Shown here: one piece after another, positions 1 through 12,247 of the stretch
How the letters are laid out: each line of letters opens with the position of its first letter
Numbering within the stretch: position 1 is the stretch's first letter
Source of the DNA: Octopus vulgaris
Lineage: Eukaryota
Direction: 5' to 3'
Assembly (NCBI GenBank): GCA_951406725.2
Contig: OX597820.1
Location: 76,942,001-77,006,000 of the forward strand
DNA: 64,000 nt
The notes under the pieces: generated by a model
Told to the model about the DNA's origin: nothing
Databases searched by the model: none
What the model saw: only the letters and a program-made list of their open reading frames with translations
Made by a program: the position numbers and the translations under genes

Positions 1-858
1 CGGCTTCTGTGGTCTTGAATGTCTTTATCATAATAAAGAATAAAACAATGTAGTTACGGCTGGAATGACTATGTTCACAGGTATTATCATCATAGTTTTA
101 TCAGGAGACTGACATAAGCAATTCAAACGCAACAGACAGAGACTGAATTAATTAAAGCTGTTATCCCCAGAAATAAGTCTTCAATTTGTTGTGTCTGGAG
201 AGAGTCATTTTCTTGTTGTACCTTATAATTTAACACACTCGCCGGTAAAGTTTCACTTATTTCTTATTTTTATTTTCCTAAAATGTTCGTTGCGTCTTGC
301 AACATTTTCAATAGTCTTGACTCTATCCGTTATTTACACTGCGTTCCATTGTGTTTGTTTCTGCAATTGCGTGTGGGTCAGTGTGCGTGTGTGTGTGTGC
401 CTATGCATGCATGCATGTACGTATGTATGTATGTATGTATGTATGTATGTATGTATGTATGTATGTATGTATGCATGTCTGTATGTATGTATGCATATGT
501 GTGTATGTATAAATGTGTGTATGCATATGTATATATGTGTGTGTGTGAGCATATGTTTATATATGCATGCACATATGAGTCGTGTGGAATAAAGTGTGTG
601 TGTATATATATGGTCATGTGTTTCAGTTTCCATTTGCGTATGTGTGCTGGTCTGTTCTTATAACCTATGTACATATCCGTTTGTATGTTGATCTGTTTAT
701 TTTCATATCCATATTCTTACATATAAACAAAATATATATATATATGTGCATACACAGACACGCACATCCACACGCACACACATATACATCTATCTACATA
801 ACAGTCCCTTAATTATTCTACTCTACCTGTGTAAACTGTGGGTATAGAGGTATGATAT

Positions 859-3160
859 CTACAATGTATATTTCCTATTTAGCATTGGGGAAGTTTCATT
901 TATAAGGGCGTACTCCCGTATTTGCCTGACTGTTGGGTCTTTTGGGTGCTTGGATAAGATGCGGATGTCAAGTTGACCCAAGTTGCTTCCATCGTGGTTT
1001 TTGGCATGTTGGTAGAGTATGGATCATTGTTTTTTGTCGTCACATTGTCTCAGATGTTCATTTAGTCGTTCTGCAATTCTCCTAGATGTCTCCTCTATTT
1101 ATGTCATGTTCATGTCTTTAAAAGCACATTCTATGCATCTTATGCTGTAAACTACATTTCGAGTTTTACAGTTAATGCCAGGGCTAATCCTACATGTCAT
1201 GAATTTATCATTGGTATATATGGTATTTTGATAGGGCTTCGCTAGCTTTTCAACAATCTAAATTTTGAGTTTGGTCTCCTTCAGAGCTTTTCTAAATCTA
1301 CGGGTTAGTTCTCCATGGGCTGTGGCATCTACAACATCATTCCTTGATATTTGGCAGTTTTATAACACGTGTTTACCCTCTTTGCTTTGTCACAAGTTCT
1401 TTGTATCCTATTCCATTATTTGTTTTTAGGGCAGGTACCACTGATATCATTAAGTATAATGTCTAATTTCTTTCTAGCCTTCCTGTATACTCAAACCCTA
1501 TCATTCTGATCATATCCAGAGAACTGCATGCGGTGCATGAAGTTCTGTATATGTGTTTTCATTTCATAGGCTTCGCATAGCGGGGACACAACGGGGAGAC
1601 ATTGTTCATTATTCTATCTAAGTCTGCTATCAGTACGTTAGTTTCATGTTGTTTGACAAAGCTGAGCTCTACTGAACAACATATTTTGAAGATATGGGTT
1701 TCACGTAATAGGTGTGGAAGAGCTGCACTCTAGTATCAAGTGCAGGGAGTCTATTGTTGGGGTGCTTAGTGGTGTAATCTATAGTTATCTCGATACTTTG
1801 GTGGATGGATTTAGCTATTTGCTGGATGCGATGAGCTGGCAGAAACGTTAGCGAGCCGGGCGAAATGCTTAGTGGTATTTCGTCTGTCGTTATGTGCTGA
1901 GTTCATATTCCGCCGAGGTCGACTTTGCCTTTCATCATTTCGGGGTTGATAAATAAAGTACCAGTTTCGCACTGGGCTCGATGTAATCGACTCAATCCGT
2001 TTGTCTGTCCTTGTTTATCCCCTCTATGTTTAGCCCCTTGTGGGTAGTAAAGAAATATATTTGCTGGATGCTCTCCATTACATTCCTCTCAGTTTCTACA
2101 TTACCGTCACTAGAGTTGGTCCTAACTATGATATTAATGTTATTTACATATCCACTGAAGAGTAGAGGAGTTTTTGACTATTCTGCTAGCATTTGTTTAA
2201 GTTTTCTCTCCCTCCAGGTCATGAAGAGGCCAGCCACATCTCCAGCTATACCTACACCGATGGCTGCACCTTGAACCTGCATGTATAGTTTTTTTTTTAT
2301 TATACTTTACTATGTGGGTCTTCGATGTGGTTTTTTACACTGGCTCCTATTGCATGTGAAATCATTTCTTTCACCTGATTGTCGTTCTCAGGGTTTGGGG
2401 CGCATGCGGTCTAGCCACTCCAGCGCTCTGTGGTGCTTTTGTTCACTGCTGAAATGATGGTGGGTGGTCTTCCCCTCTGTGACCTGGTGGGGCAGAATCT
2501 ACTGAGGTTATGGTCATCTAAATAGTTACTGTCATAGCATAGTCTGAGGAGGAGGCCCATTTCCTTAGGGTTGATCTTACGGAATTCCACTTCATTCTCA
2601 CAGATTACCTGAATGCATTTCTCCAAGGTAAAATCTATGTCTATAGATGGGTAGAGTGATATCTCATTCATACTACCTACTACACACCCTGTGAGGTCGT
2701 TGGAGTGGTTGCTAGTACTGCTTTTACTGAGATCTCCCGTACTCACACAGACATCCGGAGACATCTCTATGAGATGTCGTAATACCTGTGAGAGAATGTA
2801 GGACTGTATATAGTTGCTGCAGATGTTCGCTCCGCAAACTGGTCTGCTTGAGAGTCCCATGACAGGGTTTAATTAGGGTTTGTGGTCTTTGCGTAACCCA
2901 TAAAGTGTAGGAACATCATTGTTGGATGCTTGGAAACTGTGTGCCGTCCTTTTTATAGGTTAGAGTATGCTGCACCACTTTCCTATGTGTGAATTGAGGA
3001 GTTGTTCCTCTCTTTCGTGTTGCAGTGGTGTAACTTCTCTCATGCTACTGATGTGTTGTTGTATGGTCTGGACATAGTTCAGTGGGCTGTCTATTGACAA
3101 TCTGCCAGACATGTCCGTAGGGAGGCACACTAATTCTCTGTTCCTAATGCGCTGTTTTAG
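859..3160 (-). pseudogene. Disrupted PLE reverse transcriptase + GIY-YIG endonuclease ORF (copy 1)
   Basis: Manual translation gives RELVCLPTDMSGRL, RPVCGAN and SMNEISLYPSID in the RT part. The C-terminus reads CKTRNVVYSIRCIEC...IGETSRRIAERLNEH...RQIREYALINETSPMLNRKYTL* with the stop at 859-861. Stops, frameshifts and a SINE insertion disrupt it. Confidence 0.88.
1830..2057 (+). mobile_element. tRNA-derived SINE family A inserted into PLE copy 1
   Basis: A/B-box-like head. 14-bp TSD tatttgctggatgc at 1816-1829 and 2058-2071. The empty site is visible in PLE copy 2 (~19460-19485). Confidence 0.92.
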
Positions 3161-4211
3161 AAAAAGGAGACTGAGACACATGCCCATATATACACACACA
3201 CACCTTACTCCACACAAGGACACATATGGAGACACGGGTTCACACATATAGAGATGCAAATCCATAAATACAAACATAGTACATAGTTGCAAAGCACACA
3301 ATCACACACACAGACATGCACACACAAGGAGACAGAGGTGCACACATATATAAAAACCCGCTCACACACACACATACATAGAAAAAACACAAACACTGAC
3401 ATGCAAGCAGATGAATATGCATGATACATACATACTGACGCACATACATACATACATATGCATGCACACACATATATATACATACACACATACACACATA
3501 CATACACATATACATACATACGTACATGCATACATGTATAGGCACACACACACATGCGCACAAACAAACGAAAAGGAACGCAGTGTAAATAACGGATAGA
3601 GTCAAGTCTATTGAAAAGGCAGCAAGACGCAACGAAATTTTTAGGAAAATAAAAATAAGAAATAAGTGGAAATTTTATCGGTGAGTGTGTTAAATTATAA
3701 GGCACAAAAAGGAAATGACTCTCTCCAGACACAACAGAATATACTTCAGCACATGAACTCATATAAAGTATCTTGCAAACCAAATCCAAAAACGAAATCT
3801 TGAATTTCTTTTTGGGATAACTAGAAACTTAGACCATACATTTCGCTGATCTCTTCTTTTCACGATATATAATCATATCATTCATTTTACCCACCACAAA
3901 GAACCTATATTTCAGTGGAGTGAAAAGTTAAGATCATGTATCCTTCAGGTACATTACCAAAGTAAATAAACTCAGATTACATCAAACAGGCTACATTATT
4001 TTCAAGTAGCTTAACAGTTCCCGCTCTTTAGATTAATAAACTAAAAGTATTTACTAAACCAAAGTGTATTTTATAAACATCTGACACTACGTATATGTGT
4101 GTGCGTGTTTGTGTGCGTGCGCGGGGCGTATGTCAGTGTATATATATGTGCATGCATAAATATATGTATATAGGAAGAGAGAGAAATAGTTCGATACATA
4201 GATCTATATAT

Positions 4212-4255
<44 letters not shown>

Positions 4256-4332
4256 ACATACAGACATACATATATGTGTAACTACACACACACACATATA
4301 TATATATACATATACATATATATATACATATG

Positions 4333-4365
<33 letters not shown>

Positions 4366-4400
4366 CGTATATAATATGTATTTACATATAGTATATATCG

Positions 4401-4434
<34 letters not shown>

Positions 4435-4512
4435 TACATATATACATATACATACATACATACACACATACATACATACATGCATACATACATACATACA
4501 TACATACATACA

Positions 4513-4547
<35 letters not shown>

Positions 4548-4578
4548 GTTTAGATATATATATATGTGTGTGTGTGTG

Positions 4579-4712
4579 TAGCAGCGTCTCACTTCAGAAG
4601 ATATTTCATTAATGCATTTCAGATATCCCGAACGTAGATACACACATATATGCATCCATACATTGGAACATGTGTGTACATATATATTCATATGCAGATA
4701 AAGATATGAGAG

Positions 4713-4746
<34 letters not shown>

Positions 4747-4880
4747 CTCTCATATCTTTATTTGTATATGAATATATGTGTACATATATATTCCAATGTA
4801 TGAATGCATGTATGTGTGTATGTACGTTCTGGATATCTGAAATGCATTAATGAAATATCTTCTGAAGTGAGACGCTGCTA
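4579..4880. repeat. ~300-bp palindrome (foldback) centred on a (TA)n tract
   Basis: The outer ~50 bp (tagcagcgtctcacttcagaagatatttcattaatgcatttcagatatcc) is an exact reverse complement of 4831-4880. The inner arms match with scattered mismatches. Confidence 0.93.
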
Positions 4881-5391
4881 TGATGTAAGAGTGCTCACCT
4901 ATATATCAAGCAATATTCCATCTTTCAATATCTGGAAAAACCACTTCCCTCGTTGGCCTAAGCGACCATTTATGATATGAATCACGTTAGTCGTGTAAGT
5001 ATTTTCGCCCTATTAGATAAACATCTAATATACTAAATAAATGAAGAAGAAAAAATTCAGCACTTAATATATATTTTCACACACTACTTTAATATATTAG
5101 CATTATGTATATGTAATGCTACGAAATATAAACATGACATGTTTATCAATTCGTCTGTAGGTTGAAAAAGTGATGAACAGCCTTAACAGATGTTCGGACC
5201 TTATTGGGGTCTCATCAGAAGCGTCTACATGATTTGAGTGATATTTGACTGGAATTTTGTACGACAATTACGTCAGAACGCATCTGAAGCTACACTTCAA
5301 ATACAGGAGACTGTCGGAAGGAACGTTTCCAGGTCTATTGATGTGCGATTTCATATTTAGATATCTCATTCCTAAGATTTATTCCGCAAGT

Positions 5392-5523
5392 AGGCGTAGC
5401 TGTGTGGTAAGAAGCTTGCTTTCCTCCCACATCGTTCCAGTTTCAGTCCCGCTGCTTGGCATTTAGGGCAAGTGAGGTGTTTTGTGACTGGAGTTGGTCG
5501 GCAGAAATTGAAAAAGCCCGTCG

Positions 5524-5583
<60 letters not shown>

Positions 5584-5822
5584 TGTGTGTGCGCGCGTAC
5601 GTGAGTTCGTGTATTTCTGTCTTTGATTTCCCTCACAACCGGTGTTGGTGTGCTTGGTGGTCTCGGTAGCATACCGGTTTTGGCAAAAGAGACCAATAGA
5701 ATAGGTGCTAAGCTTAAAACATAAGTCCTAGTCTCGATATTTTTTTTCGATTAAATACCTGAAGGTGATGCCCCAGCATAGCCGTACTCAAAGGATAGAA
5801 ACAAGTAACAAATAAAAGACTG
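5392..5822 (+). mobile_element. tRNA-derived SINE family B with internal (TA)n(TG)n
   Basis: Aligns by eye to 24735-25138: gctgtgtggtaag head, gggcaagtg, aagcccgtcgtatat and aaacaagtaa tail. Confidence 0.85.
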
Positions 5823-5937
5823 AATAAACTCACCACTATAATGTTCAATAGCAACCGGGAGTTCGTATTTTTCCTTAGCAATTTATTAGATATGATGGTC
5901 TCACTTCCAATGAACGACAGCTGGGAATTCTGCAGCT

Positions 5938-6160
5938 TATTTCTTTATTGCCCACAAGTGGCTAAACATAGAGGGGACAAACAAGGACATACAAAGGGAT
6001 TAAGTAGATTACATCGAACCCAGTGCGTCACTGGTACTTAAATTATCTACCCCGAAAGGATGAAAGGCAAAGTCGACCTCGTCGGAATTTGAACTCAGAA
6101 CGTAAAGACAGAGGAAATACCGCTAAGCATTCCGCCGGGCTTGCTAACGTTTCTATCAGC
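5938..6160 (-). mobile_element. SINE family A
   Basis: Reverse complement of the 13941-14171 family (aaaggatgaaaggcaaagtcgacctc...gaatttgaactcag). Confidence 0.9.
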
Positions 6161-6214
6161 TTCTTACTGACCAACCATCCATCATATCGACTGATGCACA
6201 ATGTGCCACGCGTC

Positions 6215-6328
6215 AGAGTAGCATGAAATGAAGTGATTTGCCGAAGATCACAACACAATTGCCTGCTAAAGAAATCGAAACCCTATCTTACTATTGCGAA
6301 TGCAATACTGTCATCCCTAGGCAACGCT
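6215..6328 (-). mobile_element. Degenerate tRNA-SINE family C head
   Basis: Minus strand resembles 61065-61150 (gttgcct.ggga...gggtttcgatt). Confidence 0.45.
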
Positions 6329-7379
6329 GATTTTCACGTTACTAGATATAGACACGAACTGAGCAACTAATCCTAATCTCTTATGAAAGAGGAGTAACCG
6401 ATAAGGATTTAACAAACGCCAAACAGCCATGAATGGCTTTTATCCTAGGTTCGTTTCATTGAAAAATTTTACCATGGCAACATATATCAGATGCATGTTA
6501 AATACCACCAGGACATTTTTAATATGCTCTGTATAATTTGAAAGTTGAAACCGAAATTGTTATATTTGTATTTGTTGGATTAGTAATAGAAATCAGAACA
6601 GAATAACTATAGAAAGAAAAAATGTAATCTGGCTATATACATCGGCAAATCTCTATCACATGCCCATCTTATATATACCCTGAAGAACGAAGAGACTAAA
6701 TTAACAATATCCATTTGGGAAATAGAAAAAGCGATATACAAATATAGCCTTTGGATATCATATTTTTAATAATATAAAATAAATTTGGATTAATCTGACA
6801 CTGTGTTTATTGGTTGACGCATGTGTGCGAGCTTGCGTTGTGTATATGTGGCCGTGAAACACACATGCATATACACACACACACACAAATACAAACACGA
6901 AAACATGCACTCACGTATATATGGCAGGTATAGCGGAAACGTTTTCCATAACTGCTAAAGAGAATGTGGTTACTTAATATACCGTTATCTAATACTTGTG
7001 CGAAACCGGTTTGGGAAGCTCGGCTGGAAGGGATCTATAATACTGTATACTTTCAATAACACTGCCACTCTGTTGAGAAATAAACGACTATCTATTTTTT
7101 CTGACATGTAGATTCCAAGATGACTACACACACACAAACACAAATACACAAACACACACGTGCATATGTGTGTGTAGAATGGTCATCATTTGAAGAAACT
7201 AGCTTTGCAACAATTACGCAGGATCTGTTTTGAGCCTACTGCATGACATCTTCAGCAAGTTTCTTCTACTATATTCTCAGGGTGACTAATGAAGTCTGTG
7301 TGACTTTGATAATCGGAAACTCTATAGTGTCCTACAGTTTATACAGCTATAGTAGAAAGTGTTATTATACCTAGTCACA

Positions 7380-7518
7380 GGCGGTGAGCTCGCAGATTCG
7401 TTAGCGCGTTAGACTGAATACTCAGCGGTAGTTGACCTGTCGCTATGATCTGAGTTCAAATTCCGCCGAGGTCGGCTTTGCCCTTCATCGTTCTGGGGTC
7501 GATGAAAAAATACCAGTC
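7380..7518 (+). mobile_element. SINE family A, 3'-truncated
   Basis: ggcggtgagctcgcag...ctgagttcaaattccgccgaggtcg...ggggtcgat. Confidence 0.85.
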
Positions 7519-7547
7519 ACACATATTCATATATATATATATATATA

Positions 7548-7617
7548 TATAAGGATAAGATCGTTATTTAAATATCGATCTTATGGAGTGGCTAGCATGG
7601 GAATGAATACCTTCAAA

Positions 7618-7671
<54 letters not shown>

Positions 7672-7742
7672 ATAAGGATAAAGTCGTTATTTAAATATCG
7701 ATCTTATGGAGTGGCTAGCATGGGAATGAATACCTTCAAAGG
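7548..7742 (+). repeat. ~70-bp direct duplication separated by (TA)n
   Basis: aaggataa..tcgttatttaaatatcgatcttatggagtggctagcatgggaatgaataccttcaaagg occurs at ~7551-7619 and ~7674-7742. Confidence 0.92.
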
Positions 7743-8032
7743 TAATAATTATTATTAAAATTATAATTTAGGGTATCTAAGAGATATCGCCAAGCTTGAA
7801 ATAGCACCCAAATCGTGACTCTAAAACTACATTAAACGTTCATACAGGACCAGGAGAGAAGGCAAAAAGACAAACTAAACTAGCAAAAAAAATTACTGAT
7901 CCCGGATTCAGGCTCTGCACAAGAAATGCTTTGCCTCATCAGTGGAATATACACAAATAGCACATAAATACATACATACATACATGCATACATACATACA
8001 TACATATATACATACATACATACATACATACA

Positions 8033-8064
<32 letters not shown>

Positions 8065-8188
8065 CGAACGTATACATACATATATATGCACGTATGCACA
8101 CGACCAGTTTAAATTAATGTTGTTTTAGAGTCAAGATTTGGCTGCTACTTCCAGCGTCGTTGTATCTCTTTGATTCTTTAAATTATAA

Positions 8189-8257
<69 letters not shown>

Positions 8258-9247
8258 TCTATATTTCTGTGTGTGTGTCTGTACGTGTGTGTCTGTACGT
8301 GTGTGTCTATGTACACATGCGTGTATGTATGCATGGAATTCTCGTGAGCGTGTGGTTAGCATGTTTTCCTACTGAGTAACTGTTATGATGTTGCTTAAGA
8401 AATCTTCTATCGAACATGAAGCAGCCTCTAATATTCCACGAACCACACAGCAAGCTCTTATCGAACTTGTAGCATCCTGACCTTTAAAACATCAGCAATT
8501 CTCCCAGCAAGCCTTCCAGTTTTTTCCCCTCACTCCTTCACCAACACTACATTCTACAGGCTCTCTCGGCTTTCACTTCCCCATCTTCGCATATTCCGTT
8601 ATACAGTAAACACCATCTGGACCATTCTATGAGCTACACCTGACATCGATATCATGAATGCATTCTTCGCTTCTCGTTTAGTTATTTCTAGCTTACCTCA
8701 TTCTTCTGTTAACATCAGATAATTATTTGTACCTGATATTCCACCAGCACCAATGGGAATTCTGTACAATTTACCACATTCCAGTTACTTTATGTTCACG
8801 AATTTAACGTCTGTCTTTTGTTGCTCTCGGTTAATCTTCATAAGTTTCACTGCCTACCACCGAGATCTGCCCCTGTGTTTGGCTTTACCTTCACTAGAGC
8901 TGACAGCTGACGGTAAGCTTGATTACGCTTCGAGGTTTAGAGTACACATTGTCTCCGAATAGGATAGTGTACACTGAGGTGTTGCAGATTTGGCACAGCT
9001 TACTGCGAGCTATCCTCCTGTTTGATGTGGTCTCACATTGCATGTGAAAACATTGAACATCTACATTCTGTTTGGTGACATCTAAATTAGTTCATTTCCA
9101 GTCACTTTCTTTTCCTCTCTGTCTCCCTGCACTTATCCACAAATTATATGCACGCGCGCACATCCACGCACGCACACCCAGTTGCACACATACTTATATG
9201 TGTGTGTCTGTGTGTGTGCGTGTGTGTATATATGTATATATGTATAT

Positions 9248-9321
<74 letters not shown>

Positions 9322-9349
9322 ATATATATATATATATATATATATAGTC

Positions 9350-9560
9350 AATAATAATAAAGGTAAAATAATAATTTTACTAAGTAGTTCGGTATATTAA
9401 AAGAACCATTATCTGCAAACTTAAACAAAAATTGTTATAATTATGAGTATAATTATAATTATATTAGGGTTCAGCGAAATGTTACTTCACCACATACCGA
9501 AATTTAGAAATAGCAGTTAAAACTAACTATTTCGCTACCATAAGAAATTATACTCATAAT
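9350..9560 (+). repeat. Unclassified TA-associated interspersed repeat (family X)
   Basis: Shares ggtaaaat..aataattttac.aagtagt...attagggtt.ag with 26135-26262 and, inverted, with 49810-50010. Confidence 0.7.
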
Positions 9561-9811
9561 TATGACAATTTTATATATCTAGTCAAATAGACTTACATAT
9601 ATACACACATATATACACATACAAACATACACACATACAAAGTCTCACACACATAAACGCACACACGCACGGACGCACACATGCGCACACGCACATACAC
9701 GTAGAGAGAGAAAGAAGGTGCATACTACGATGTCTTTCTTTAAACTACCCTTTTCGATGAAAGTACGAAAACTATACTCCTCAAGTTATCAGCAGGGAGG
9801 ATCTAACATAC

Positions 9812-10087
9812 AGACTGTATGCGGCTCAGTCGATCACTGAGAAAATTTCTGCTTAAAAAATGTACCACAAACAGCATTTCGATTTGCACATTGTCCATAA
9901 ACAAGTCAAATTGTGCTCGAGTGCCGTCAATGTGTATGAAGTGGTCTGCGATAAATGAGGTACGTTCAACATTGAGAGAACCATGAGAAAACTGGACACG
10001 CGCCCTGCTGTACACGTGCGCAGGGACACTTCTGTGCATAAACAACTGAGGAAGTACCAGATCAAGTGGTTTACTATATCCCTCACA
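9812..10087 (-). CDS. Putative 276-nt phase-0 coding exon of an unidentified host gene
   Basis: Acceptor ttccgcag|TGT, 92 open codons (CEGYSKPLDLVLPQLFMHRSVPAHVYSRARVQFSHG...LSRIQS), donor TCT|gtatgt. Non-repetitive sequence. Product not recognised. Confidence 0.45.
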
Positions 10088-10429
10088 CTGCGGAATACAC
10101 CAAAAGCAATTTACCTAATAATTAGTCTACCCTAAATGCTAATCGGAAACCAGCATTAAACAAGAGACAAGAACTACATGAAGCTGACTATCTGTACTAA
10201 CGATACCACCTTGAACACATCTCTACACTTTTGCTAATGCTTAAACGTAAATATTAGATTTATCTCTGATTTCTCTACTTATCTTGATGAAGAAGTCTTA
10301 ACATTAATTATCAAAGAAACAGAAGGGAAAATTTCTTGTTCTGGTTTGGCTGTTTCATGTCATTTAGCATTGCTCTGGATTAATGTTGTTCTTTTTATTT
10401 ACTTATTTAACGTCTCTTTTATCTTTTAC

Positions 10430-10516
10430 TTGAACCATGCCAGGTTGTGGCACCGCCTTGTAAGGTCTGTTCCAAAAGCTGACCCAGATGGTCTGTTCGT
10501 AATTCTGATGTTCATT
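10430..10516 (-). CDS. Possible upstream exon of the same gene (5' boundary uncertain)
   Basis: Open frame NEHQNYEQTIWVSFWNRPYKAVPQPGMVQ ends CAA|gtaaaa in phase 0, compatible with 9812-10087. It contains ggcATGg (10436-10438), a possible start codon. Confidence 0.25.
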
Positions 10517-11147
10517 CTAACGTTCTTTTTTGGCCAAATTACTGAGTTACGTCTACGAAATTCTCTATAAAACATTGATCGACCCGCAGTGGCCTGGATT
10601 TACATTAGAAGTCACTTAAAGTGCTGTTCTGTGAGACTGAACAGAAAACCACTTCGCAACGGACGAGCTTTTTGAGCATACAGACAATATCTATAAGCGG
10701 GTGGTAGTTGAAACGGAAATACATTCTGTTTTATATTTCTACCATATGCAAATATTTGCAATTACTCTATCTAAATGTGTACAAAGTAGAAAATATTTAG
10801 CTCAAAATAAAGAAATAAAGATGCAACATTTACTGATTTGTGTATCGATAACAGTGTAATCTACCAGTAAAAAGTATGTAATGAGTAATTTATTTGCAAG
10901 AAGTCTTTTATCAATCTACGCATTTTAGCTTAATTCCTAGTTCCTTTCCTACATTCTCTTTCTTTCTCTTGCCTCTGTAACTCTCTCTCTTTGATTCTTT
11001 TTCAATATTTCCTCATTTTTCTTACTTAGGATACCATGTTTTGCTTTACTATATCTATTTTTAACAATTGACATAAACAATTGATGTCGATCTGATATTG
11101 TTTTGAGATCGTATCGAACACTGTTTTTAATATATAATAAAAAAAAA

Positions 11148-11189
<42 letters not shown>

Positions 11190-11603
11190 TTGTGTTTGTC
11201 TGTGTGTAGATTGTATGTATGTATGTAAATTCCGGGTTAAGGTTCAAAAGAAAAGAGAATGTTTGAAACCGAATTAAAATGCCATATATTAATTTGAGTG
11301 GAATTAATTCAATTTTGCGTAGAAGGATCAGCAACATAACAGCTTCAGTTTTGTTTAATAAATGCATATTAGTATTAATAGAACTACATTTGATATCGTG
11401 ATATCACTGAAATGAGCTGCACGACCGATTGTTGTTCAAGTTGAAAGTCAATTAGTCATTTGTCTGATTAGCTTGTTTTATAAGTTACTCCACAGAGAGA
11501 AAGAGAGAGAAACACTCCAGAGAGATAGGCATGATGAAGTAGACTTATACTAATGGATATTACTGCATAGCCTAATAGCGTACGATTACTTTCGTTGCAG
11601 CCA

Positions 11604-11852
<249 letters not shown>

Positions 11853-12125
11853 ATTTGGAGCTTGAGAACAGTAAAGGTCGTGCCTACAATAATCGGTACG
11901 CTTGAAACATTATGCGAAGATATAGACAAATGGCTGAAAAAGATTGGAATAGAATGTCTTGTAGAACTCCTGCAGACATTTTGTCTCTTAGGGATAGCAT
12001 TGAATATTCGGTGGCTTTTAAGCAATTGAAAGGCTAGTGAAAACTAGTGGATAAATAAGGTTACGGATAGTAAAGCGCTATCTATTCCTGTCTGGAATAA
12101 GACTGAACTTAAGCCAAACCAAAAT
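11853..12125 (+). mobile_element. 3' end of an R4/Dong-clade (RLE) non-LTR retrotransposon
   Basis: IWSLRTVKVVPTIIGTLETL..IDKWLKKIGI..ELLQTFCLLGIALNIRWLL* matches the typical C-terminus (VVPVVIGALG..LQKACLLGTARILR). Flanked by AAT-type repeats, as expected for Dong. Confidence 0.8.
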
Positions 12126-12247
12126 GATAATAATAGTTTATAAATACTAACATAACTCTTCACGAAGGTTTGAATAATTCACCTCTGGAAACATGAGTGT
12201 TTCGTTCAACATCCTTAAACAACCCTTATTCAGGGACCTTTTGAGAG

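Larger units (their letters stand above)
187..3737 (-). mobile_element. Penelope-like retroelement (Naiad-type), 5'-truncated copy 1, with inverted pseudo-LTRs
   Basis: Decayed RT + GIY-YIG frame at about 859-3160. Terminal sequence 187-~635 recurs inverted at ~3163-3737. Homologous to copy 2 at 18446-20750. Confidence 0.88.

Noticed and set aside
800-1260. Selenoprotein-type Naiad (in-frame TGA plus SECIS)
   Set aside because: The conserved Cys positions are not TGA in either copy. The one TGA near the GIY-YIG is TCA in copy 2, so it is a decay mutation. I saw no canonical SECIS downstream; SECISearch on the family consensus would settle it.
8420-9070. Possible old retroelement coding remnant
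   Set aside because: The composition is suggestive, but I could not recover a diagnostic motif.
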